This document shows positions 55,255 through 64,000 of a DNA stretch of 64,000 nucleotides, in pieces. The notes beneath the pieces are model-generated. The model was given only the letters and a program-made list of their open reading frames with translations. It searched no databases and was not told the DNA's origin. The stretch comes from an uncultured delta proteobacterium (GTDB taxonomy: Bacteria > Desulfobacterota > Desulfobacteria > Desulfobacterales > SG8-13), in assembly GCA_963848135.1 (NCBI GenBank), contig CAWKCK010000018.1:200938-264937 (forward strand), written 5' to 3'. Numbering within the stretch: position 1 is the first letter of the stretch; each line of letters opens with the position of its first letter. A program made the position numbers and the translations under genes.

Positions 55255-56081
55255 TATTTGTTTTCCTGCTTGATCAGATTGTCTATTTTCAACCACAAAG
55301 GGAGCTTTTTATCGAGATATTCGGGCGTTATCATGTTGGGGCCGTCGCACTTGGCAAACTCGGGGCGGTCATGCACTTCCAGAAATAGTGCATTAACGCC
55401 GATAGCAAGTGCGGCCCTGGTGAGTGGGTCAACAAACTCCCGTTGGCCGCCAGAGCTTTCCCCCTGCCCTCCGGGAAGCTGCACACTGTGAGTGGCATCG
55501 AAAACGACCCCGACGCCCAATTTCTTTACAACTTCGAGTGCCCGCATATCCACAACCAGGTTGTTGTAACCGAACATCACCCCTCTTTCGGTGATCAGCA
55601 GCTTCTTGTTGCCGGTGCTATGCACCTTGCTAACGATATTTCCCACGTCCCAGGGGCTCAAAAACTGGCCTTTTTTGACATTCAGCACCCTGCCGGTCTC
55701 TGCCGCCGCAGTCAGAAGTTGCGTTTGGCGGCATAAAAACGCCGGTATTTGGATGACGTCCAACACCTCGGCGGCGGGTTTTACCTGTTCGATAGAATGG
55801 ACATCACTGATGATCGGAACATCGAACGCCAATTTGACCTTCTGAAGGATATTTAGGCCTTTATCCAGACCGGGACCAACATATGATTCGATCGAGCTTC
55901 TATTCGCTTTTAAAAAAGATGATTTGAAAATAAAAGGAACACTGTACGTTTGCGTCAGGTTTTTTAAAGTTTCGGCCATGAACAGGCAGTGGTCGAGGCT
56001 TTCGATAACGCAGGGCCCGGCAATCAATACCAGTTGATTGCCGGAAGAAATCGGGATGTGGTCGATTTTAAATTCGTTCAT
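55254..56081 (-). CDS. kdsA: KDO-8-phosphate synthase
   Basis: AGPCVIES, KANRSS, PAFLCRQT, KKGQF, DATHSVQ. Confidence 0.96.
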   Translation of the reverse strand: MNEFKIDHIPISSGNQLVLIAGPCVIESLDHCLFMAETLKNLTQTYSVPFIFKSSFLKANRSSIESYVGPGLDKGLNILQKVKLAFDVPIISDVHSIEQVKPAAEVLDVIQIPAFLCRQTQLLTAAAETGRVLNVKKGQFLSPWDVGNIVSKVHSTGNKKLLITERGVMFGYNNLVVDMRALEVVKKLGVGVVFDATHSVQLPGGQGESSGGQREFVDPLTRAALAIGVNALFLEVHDRPEFAKCDGPNMITPEYLDKKLPLWLKIDNLIKQENK

Positions 56082-56151
56082 TTTGTCGCCTGCGGATTAA
56101 TAGACCAGAATACGAATCCCATCGTCACATGAACACCATGGCAAAGGATAA

Positions 56152-56357
56152 CCTAATTTGAGCGATTGTCGAGGTTGCCGCAGATACAAGAAAGATGTCA
56201 TTCCGCTATAGTCGGCTATGCGGGACGGCATATGACGCCGTAAATGCGGCAAGATCGGCAATCCCGATGGGTTTCAAATTTTAACATCAAACTTTGATAG
56301 AATTTCTTAAATAAAGCAGTTCCCCCTCCATTTAAAATTTGAAACGCTCACTGTAGG
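56152..56357. mobile_element. MITE, subtype A (206 bp)
   Basis: Ends CCTAATTTGAGCG / CGCTCACTGTAGG, flanking direct repeat GATAA. Confidence 0.85.
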
Positions 56358-56840
56358 GATAACCAACATTTCGTGATTATTACCGATAACATAGCAAAAC
56401 CGTTCGATTTTGAATGCCTCCGCCGCTGATATCGAAGGAGGGATCGATATGGCCATGTTGTTTCTGGATTGTATATCAGTTATTTTTTATTTTTTCCAGC
56501 AAAGGAAAGGTCAGCGGGGCAAGCTGGCACAGCTCCCGAATGCATTAGCCCACATATTTCATGAAATCTTTTCAATACTATGAGATAATTTAATCATTAT
56601 AGATAATTGAACAGAAATTTAATCATATCAGCAAGAGCACAATTTGCACCCTATGATATTTTTGAAAAAGGCAGAAAAGAATTCACCCTCAGGGGCGTGA
56701 AATATTCGGGGTAGGCTGAATGGCGCTGAGGATTCCTTCCGCTGCGAGGGTAACGATAGCTCCCCGGGGGATCAGGTATTTAGGCGTTGAATCGTAACGC
56801 GGGAAGAGAACCCGCCAAGTGAGGGTGACTCTTTTTACAT

Positions 56841-59425
56841 CTAAGGTTTAAGATTCATATCGTCGGTAATGATAAGTTGATCGAGTTTCGTTCCGGCTTC
56901 TCTCTGTTTGATGACAAGGGTATGTTTTCCTGTCGCAAGGGTATAGGTAACCGGGTTTGCACCGGTACGATGACTGACCATGTCCCAAACCCACTTTGTT
57001 GATCGGGTGACATCCCAAAGCGAATCTGCACCGCCGTCCATGGAGACGTAGAAAGAGTCAGCGAACCCATCGGGTGCCAGCACCCGTCCCCAGATGATAT
57101 ATTTTCCGGCCTGGGTAACGTCAAAGGTGAACGTCGCATAACCACCCGAATCACCGCCGGTGGGAACCCAGATGTACATCCCGGAGGACGCATTGTTGTC
57201 CGCAGCTCTTTCCATTGTATTGCTCATGGTTCCATCTTCAGCTTCAATTTCAGCATTGACCGATTCCGTGATCGAAATTGTGGTCGAGCCGGAGCCGGAA
57301 GACGCGCTCGTGGTGAATGGGCTCCCGTTAAAGATAGAGGTGCTCGGAACCGAAGTGGTGTTTTTTGAAATCACGACGCAGTCGAGTTTGGTTCCCTCTT
57401 CCCTATTGTCGATGCGCAGGGTGTGTGTTCCCGCGGCAAGATGATAGACGACCGGATCCCCGCCACCGCGATGACTGACCTTGTCCCAGGTCCAGTTTGT
57501 CGACCTGGCGGTATCCCAGGTCGATTTCGCGCCGCCGTCCATCGAGGCATAGAAAGAGTCAGAGACCCCATCGGGCGCCAGCACCCGGCCCCACACGATA
57601 TAGTCACCGGCGGAGGTGACATCAAAGGTGTACTGCGCATAGCCCGATCCGCCCCCGCTCGGCACCCAGATGTATGTTCCGGAGGACGCATTGTTGTCAC
57701 CGGATGTCACCATGGCATCGTTGATGCCTCCGTCTTCTGCTTCAAAGGCAAATACCGTCTGCGAAGAATCGTAGTCGTCGGTCAATTCGCCGAACACGGT
57801 AGAGCCTGTCGGATTAGAAGGAGACGGAGCGCTCGTTGAATCGGAAGGAACTGTGGGGTTCGTTGTGTTGGAGGGGCTCCCGTTAAAGATATCGGAAGGA
57901 ACTGTGGGGTTCGTTGTGTTGGAGGGGCTCCCGTTAAAGATAGAGGTACTCGGGACCGAAGTCGTGTTTTTTGAAATCACGACGCAGTCGAGTTTGGTTC
58001 CCTCTTCCCTATTGTCGATGCGCAGGGTGTGTGTTCCCACGGCAAGATGATAGACGACCGGATCCCCGCCCCCGCGATGACTGACCTTGTCCCAGGTCCA
58101 GTTTGTCGACCTGGCGGTATCCCAGGTCGATTTCGCGCCGCCGTCCATCGAGGCATAGAAAGAGTCAGAAAGCCCATTGGGCGCCAGCACCCGGCCCCAC
58201 ACGATATAGTCACCGGCGGAGGTAACATCAAAGGTGTACTGCGCATATCCCGATCCGCCCCCGCTCGGCACCCAGATGTATGTTCCGGAGGACGCATTGT
58301 TGTCACCGGATGTCACCATGGCATCGTTGATGCCTCCGTCTTCTGCTTCAAAGGCAAATACCGTCTGCGAAGAATCGTAATCGTCAGTCAATTCGCCGAA
58401 CACGGTAGAGCCTGTCGGATTGGAAGGAGACGGAGCGCTCGTTGAATCGGAAGGAACTGTGGGGTTCGTTGTGTTGGAGGGGCTCCCGTTAAAGATATCG
58501 GAAGGAACCGTGGGGTTCGTTGTGGTGGATGGGCTCCCGTTAAAGACGGAGGTGCTCGGGACCGAAGTCGTGTTTTTTGTAATCACGACAGAGTCGAGTT
58601 TGGTTCCCTCTTCCCTATTGTCGATGCGCAGGGTGTGTGTTCCTGCGGCAAGATGATATACAACCGGATCCCCGCCCCCGCGATGACTGACCTTGTCCCA
58701 GGTCCAGTTTGTCGACATGGCGGTATCCCAGGTCGATTTGGCGCCGCCGTCCATCGAGACATAGAAAGAGTCGTAAGTCCATTGCGCGCCAGCACCCGGC
58801 CCCAAACGATATAGTTACCGGCGGAGGTGACCTGAAAAGTGTATTGAGCATAACCCGATCCACCCCCGTTCGGAACCGCGATGTACGTGCCGGAGGACGC
58901 ATTGTTGTCTCCGGATGTCGCCATGGCATTGTTGATGCTTCCTTCTTCAGCTTCAAAAGCAAATACGGTCTGCGAAGAATCGTAATCGTCAGTCAATCCG
59001 GACGACACATTGAACGAGAATTGAGCGTGTCGATTGCTCGTTGAATAGAAGCAACAGGAATTGGAACTGATGGGGATGGTATAGGGGATTTCAAGTGAAT
59101 AGGCGCTTTCAACATTACTGGTATTGTACGCGGTGGCAGCAAAGTAATATTTTTCCCCTTCCTTAAGACCGGAGAGGCTGCAACTCGTATTTTTACCGAC
59201 GTTGACGTTATGGGTGTAGTTCTTGCTGGATGTTCCGTAATGTATTTTGTATCCAGCGATATTCGAAAAGGTGTTCGCATCCCAAGCCAGAGTTACCGTG
59301 CCTGCAACCGCGGACAACGGTACCATGATGCACAGAGCAAAAAAAACCAAAATGAGAATAGATTTGTGAAAAAATAAAATTGCATCGTCATAAGTTCTAA
59401 AATTCTGCACGCCAACCTCGCACAT
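56841..59425 (-). pseudogene. Secreted FN3 + 4x carbohydrate-binding-like beta-sandwich protein, 1-nt deletion near 58773
   Basis: Signal peptide, FN3 (VTLAWD...GYKIHYG...YYFAATAY), four EAEDG/EAEEG...WGRVLA...HTL domains with Ser/Thr/Pro linkers; the first repeat lacks one base relative to the other copies; start uncertain. Confidence 0.78.
57320..59000. repeat. Intragenic tandem repeats, 606-bp period, with nested 51-bp duplications
   Basis: Near-identical sequence recurs at 57371, 57977 and 58583; 51-nt unit at 57841 and 57892. Confidence 0.9.
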
Positions 59426-59488
59426 ATAAAGGATAAAAGGGAAAACGAAAAATCGTGCCGCACAGTGCTATTTTTTGCGGTTGGTTCG

Positions 59489-59504
59489 TGCAATTTCAGT
59501 ACCA
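59489..59504 (-). promoter_or_regulatory. Sigma54 (-24/-12) promoter
   Basis: Minus-strand TGGTACTGAAATTGCA with GG-N10-GC spacing, just upstream of the FN3 gene. Confidence 0.65.
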
Positions 59505-59870
59505 CCTACCTATCATGCTGTTATCATTACAAACATAGCGTACGTGAATTTAAACTATATACAATAAGCGTATGAATTCTCCTTCACCAATTCACGTTAT
59601 GCCGCTTATGCCCCAACGAAATTGAGTAATCATGGCAACTTACATTGTATGATTTTAACAACACCTCTGAAACCAAAGATTGTATTTTGTATTTTTTTAG
59701 TATCTTATGCGATTGTTCTCAGCCAAGGACGAATGGTTTGAAAAACGGGAGGAATCTGGGAGGGGCATTATTAGTTCAGAAGCATTCAGGGTCATATCTG
59801 TTTTTATATCGAAACCGAGTGTCAAAGTCGAATATAGTGGTAAACCATCAGATCACCCTTACCTTTCAAG

Positions 59871-61478
59871 TCACCTGGTGAGAAGCCTGCACACTCCTAA
59901 TCTATTTTTCCAAAAGTCTAACGACATACCAAACGTTATGAAAATGAATGGCAGGTATGGAAGTACATTTCTTGTGTTAGCTATTTCCACTTGCCAGCTG
60001 ATCCACATGGATCCGAAAAAAAGAAGTATAGTAAATGTATAAAAAACACCGATATTCAATCCATTCAATGACGCAATCAATTTAAAATTTAATTGATATT
60101 TGCTTATTAATAACGACTGGAGAACCAAAATAATTAAACAAACTCCGGCAAAAACGAGGCTATTTATTCCCAAGCTGACCAAAGCGACAATCGGGGTACC
60201 CATAATGAAAAACACTAGCGTTCCATATCTCACCTGAAAAGTCTTTTTATTTTGGTCGGATGAATGCAAAAAAAGATGAACTCCGGAAACAAAATAGGCA
60301 CAGTATGTTGATAATACAAAGAAAAGAACCAAGGGATAAATCCACTTAAAGGCCCGGTAAATGTAGTCGAAAGTCTTGTAAACAATATCTCCAAATACTG
60401 TTGGCAGTTTTAGTATCGTCATTGCTATAGGGGGAAGAAGTTCATCTGTATTGAGAGGATCATACCATTGCTCCTCTCCGAAGCCTAATCTGTAGGGCCT
60501 CTTTCCAATTGTAAGTACAAATTTTCTGATGCCTAGCTTTATATAGGCTAAAGGTTTATTGAGGATCGCTTCTTTTGCTAATCTGCCAAGTAACGCTTCA
60601 CCACCAAACTTTCCTTTCTCAACATCCGGTATTCTTAATTCCCAATGATTTTTTCTGCGCCTGTCGGGATTAAATTCCATTATGGCCTTGTAATCTGGTG
60701 AACTGTTTAGGGCGTCGTCGGTTATCGGCATAACGCCCTGCCAAAGATGCCTTCCGGATGAGTTTGTCAGTTCGAACCGGCCATATCTAGCCAAGTTACT
60801 CAACGACAATGCCATTATAAAAATGACCGTTGTTACTAAAATCACAGATATAAATCCATAAAAACACTGATTATCGAGTCGAAGATAAAACAAGATGGCT
60901 AGGCACGGGATAATGAGTATCGGAATTATACGGGTCACGACGAGCGCTCCAATTATCATTCCACAAGTGACACTTTTCAGCCAAAAACCGGCAGGCTGTC
61001 TTACCTCGCCGACATGGATCATAACCGTCAGATAAAGAACAGTTGAGAACAGGAAAAGCACCGTATTCTCAGACCAGAAGGCCTGAGGTAGGCCCGTTGA
61101 CAGAATGAAAACTAAATAAAGTATGGCTACAAAATTGCTTATTCGCTGCATCCCCATCTTTTGACATGACCAAAGCACGAATAGAGACGATAGAAAGACA
61201 AGAAAATTCTGGGCTATGCTCCCCATATAAAATTCGGCTTTCAAGTCAAGTTCCAATAAATTAGCGACCTCGTGGATGAACTTATGGAAAAAAGCTGGTA
61301 CCGCAATCGGGGTATAGTTATCTTCCCCTAATAATTGTCCGAAGATTCTATATTGTGTTTTAAACCATTGATCGCGCGGCCAGGGATTTACGGGTAACAT
61401 CAGCGCTGATGCGATAGTAAATAAAAATAAAATGCTACCTGTACGACTCACATGTTTAAATTCCTTGAGTATCCACAT
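59871..61478 (-). CDS. Polytopic membrane protein, possible GT-C glycosyltransferase
   Basis: Many TM helices with a periplasmic loop; WSE, VTR and TRNVLP segments; AT-rich. Confidence 0.55.
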   Translation of the reverse strand: MWILKEFKHVSRTGSILFLFTIASALMLPVNPWPRDQWFKTQYRIFGQLLGEDNYTPIAVPAFFHKFIHEVANLLELDLKAEFYMGSIAQNFLVFLSSLFVLWSCQKMGMQRISNFVAILYLVFILSTGLPQAFWSENTVLFLFSTVLYLTVMIHVGEVRQPAGFWLKSVTCGMIIGALVVTRIIPILIIPCLAILFYLRLDNQCFYGFISVILVTTVIFIMALSLSNLARYGRFELTNSSGRHLWQGVMPITDDALNSSPDYKAIMEFNPDRRRKNHWELRIPDVEKGKFGGEALLGRLAKEAILNKPLAYIKLGIRKFVLTIGKRPYRLGFGEEQWYDPLNTDELLPPIAMTILKLPTVFGDIVYKTFDYIYRAFKWIYPLVLFFVLSTYCAYFVSGVHLFLHSSDQNKKTFQVRYGTLVFFIMGTPIVALVSLGINSLVFAGVCLIILVLQSLLISKYQLNFKLIASLNGLNIGVFYTFTILLFFGSMWISWQVEIANTRNVLPYLPFIFITFGMSLDFWKNRLGVCRLLTR

Positions 61479-61797
61479 GACATTACCTGCTCTTCAATTT
61501 AGCTTGTTTATGTGCCTGGAAATTAAGGAGTGCCACCCTTAAACAGACAAAATCAATGAGAAAATAAAATATGATAACCCCGGCCTACTTAAATTTTTGG
61601 CCTGCCGTTAACTAGGCGTACAATAGTCACAGGCCCTCAAGGTGTGTTTTTTGAACACACCCCTATCGTGACACTCAAAGTGTTCGGGATGGCTACAACA
61701 CTGGATTTTTGGGTCGAACAATCGTGGGAGTTTTGAGAAGTCGGAGATAAGGGGAATTTTGAGGATGAGAGATTACTGATTTATTACAACGATCATT

Positions 61798-62520
61798 TCA
61801 ATTGGGCGCCAACTTTCTGCCAGCGACGACAATTGTCGGCTGAAGCCAGCCCGGAAGGGACAATATCAGTTTCTTAATTAGGTTTATGCCGAAGGGAAAG
61901 ATACGCAAAATTTTTTCAATCTCAGTGGAATTTAGGGATTCTCTTTTTATCAATTCGGGTTGTAAACCTGCCTGGGTCATCTTTCTTTTCAAAGACTTTA
62001 TGGTTTGAAGATTCGAATGCCCGCAATCAGGGTTGTGAAAAATTCTGTTTACGATACATCGAAGCCTTCCTCGACTGTCACGATTTATTATACACCACCA
62101 CAATATATCCATAAATATATGTGGTGTGGAAATTAAGCATGCCCCCCCGATCTTTAGAACTCTCTTAGCTTCTTCAGTATACAGGTTGCCGACGTTCAGG
62201 TGTTCATACAAATTAGAACTGAATACTAAATCAAGGCATTCATCTTTGAAGGGCCATGGTTTGGCAGCGTCAAAGGAAACGATTTTTAAATCGCGATAGT
62301 TGGTCTGAGTTGTCCGCAGGCAATGAAATTCAATATCCGAACCAACTATACGTGGCAGAATATCTCTCAAATTGCCTGCAACATGCCCGGAGCCGCAACC
62401 GATTTCCATGACGTTAGCATCTCTCTCAAGGCATGAAATCAAGCGCTCAAGCCCTGCAATGGATCTAACACCATAATCTCTATCTATAGTTTTATAATAA
62501 TCACCTTTCATGCCATTCAA
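61798..62520 (-). CDS. Class I SAM-dependent methyltransferase
   Basis: MEIGCGSG, NLYEHL, RVLKIGG, STP. Confidence 0.85.
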   Translation of the reverse strand: MNGMKGDYYKTIDRDYGVRSIAGLERLISCLERDANVMEIGCGSGHVAGNLRDILPRIVGSDIEFHCLRTTQTNYRDLKIVSFDAAKPWPFKDECLDLVFSSNLYEHLNVGNLYTEEAKRVLKIGGACLISTPHIFMDILWWCIINRDSRGRLRCIVNRIFHNPDCGHSNLQTIKSLKRKMTQAGLQPELIKRESLNSTEIEKILRIFPFGINLIKKLILSLPGWLQPTIVVAGRKLAPN

Positions 62521-62570
62521 AAAAAACTTTTGAATTTACATTTCCAGATCGCCGCTTGCACTAATAATAA

Positions 62571-63785
62571 TTAAGAAGATGATTTCTCGCCGCTTTGTAT
62601 ATTAGGAAGCGTTTGCCTATCGTTAGTAAAATAATGTGAAATTTTAGCGCCCAATTTCATTCCCGGGGCCTCTATGAACCGATAAAGGAATGCTGATGCC
62701 ACCAATGTCGATATGATGGTTGTCGGCATAAGTATCCATAGAAACTGCATGGAATTCAGTTCATGAGCGAACGGAGAGACAGCTTTCATTATAAATATGA
62801 TCAATAGTCTATGGCTCAAATAGATAGAGTAAGAAATTTTCCCCACGTATGTAATTGTTTTATTGTCTAAAATCGGTGATAACCTTGCTACCAGCCAGCC
62901 CTTTTTTGACGTTATCACAAACGGAAAAAGAAGCAGCCATATTACAAATGGAAAAGAACCGTTTACTCTATAATGCGCCTTGGTTGTATAGGCGATCACT
63001 GAAGCAATCAACAAGCAGATCAACAATACAAGATCCCGGTCAACATTTTTAAAAGACAGATACCGTGACAGAAAATATGACGCCCAGCCGATGATGAAAA
63101 AATGAATCTTATAAGGTAAAAAGGCCCCCCTCAGGACCGTAGGGTATACCGCTTTGATTATGATTGCAGCAAATAGTGTGAAAAATAAAAATGCAATTGC
63201 TCCTGCATAGTTTTCCTTTTCGATCAACAGCCGTTTTGACATATAAAAAAAGAGGGGCGCAAGCAAATAGAACTGCCATTCAAGCGATATACTCCATGCA
63301 AGGGGAAGGAACGCTATCGGTGCGGTGGGCAATACCGTTTCCGGGATCATACCATGTAACATCAAAAGATGGCTAACGACATGCAGCTCAATGTTCGCCC
63401 ACCATGAATCCAAGTACGATAGATGCGGGAAAGGTTTTGAAACGAAAAGATGTGCATAGGATTCGGCATTATCGGGAATGAGGGTACAGGCTGGTATAGC
63501 GATAAGAAAAAGGATAAAAGAAACCGGGAACAATCGGAAGAAACGTCTTGTTATGTATGGCGAATATTTTTCCTTTTTTTTGTCAAGCAGAAAAAATATA
63601 ACGAAACCACTTATAATAATAAACAAATCGACCGCATACGTCCCGGTTAAAACATATTTGAAACCGATTGAAAAATCACTCTTCGTCAAGCCTGTATTTC
63701 CGATCACATGTCCTACGACGACCCATAGCGCAAACACTGCCCGCATTCCGTCAATGGATGTGATTCTCATCGATTTATTCTGCAT
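62571..63785 (-). CDS. Acyltransferase family 3 (O-antigen/EPS O-acyltransferase)
   Basis: IDGMRA, VDLFIIISGF, RRFFRLFP, WSISLEWQFY, ISYSIYLSH, IEAP. Confidence 0.92.
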   Translation of the reverse strand: MQNKSMRITSIDGMRAVFALWVVVGHVIGNTGLTKSDFSIGFKYVLTGTYAVDLFIIISGFVIFFLLDKKKEKYSPYITRRFFRLFPVSFILFLIAIPACTLIPDNAESYAHLFVSKPFPHLSYLDSWWANIELHVVSHLLMLHGMIPETVLPTAPIAFLPLAWSISLEWQFYLLAPLFFYMSKRLLIEKENYAGAIAFLFFTLFAAIIIKAVYPTVLRGAFLPYKIHFFIIGWASYFLSRYLSFKNVDRDLVLLICLLIASVIAYTTKAHYRVNGSFPFVIWLLLFPFVITSKKGWLVARLSPILDNKTITYVGKISYSIYLSHRLLIIFIMKAVSPFAHELNSMQFLWILMPTTIISTLVASAFLYRFIEAPGMKLGAKISHYFTNDRQTLPNIQSGEKSSS

Positions 63786-64000
63786 TACATCAGGGTGGCA
63801 AGTGCCTATAGAAATCGATTTGGTGGTGCAAACACGGAAATTCTAATAAAAATATCGAGCAATTCTCCTTTTCCTATCGGCTTTAACCCGAGACCTTTGC
63901 AAAATCCCAGAAAGACGCCCTAAAATTTGACCATTCCGATTGAATTTCCTTCAATAATATTGCCTAAAAAATATTATTTTGTCATTTTTTTTCTGCCAGT

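Noticed and set aside
56683..56829. TCACCCTCA...TGAGGGTGA inverted ends around ~145 nt
   Set aside because: Single copy, short match, no target duplication and no recognisable RNA family; insufficient support.
57841..58560. 51-bp repeats resembling a CRISPR array
   Set aside because: They are in-frame coding linker duplications with no unique spacers, and no cas genes are nearby.

Overview
A 64-kb chromosomal backbone segment. Gene content and order suggest a Desulfobacterales-like deltaproteobacterium (inference; no marker rRNA is present). It holds about 47 protein genes and tRNA-Pro(GGG). The genes cover housekeeping (ftsK, rnj, plsC, tmk, surE, lptD, ihfB, holB, metG, pyrG, eno), envelope synthesis (kdsA/B/D, rmlABCD, glycosyl-, methyl- and acyltransferases) and signalling. 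No prophage, transposase or CRISPR array was seen. Most notable: (1) an intact PLP cysteine synthase fused to a cysteinyl-tRNA synthetase-like domain that has lost its HIGH, KMSKS and two Zn-ligand residues but keeps its anticodon-binding region; (2) a roughly 1,260-aa GlmS paralog with an internal catalytic Cys next to kdsB; (3) a candidate ~90-nt sRNA behind a near-consensus sigma70 promoter; (4) four copies of a MITE family, each with its own 5-bp target-site duplication; (5) a sigma54-driven minimal PEP-CTERM micro-protein next to an enhancer-binding protein with a pseudo-receiver domain. Five genes carry frameshifts, which probably include sequencing indels.
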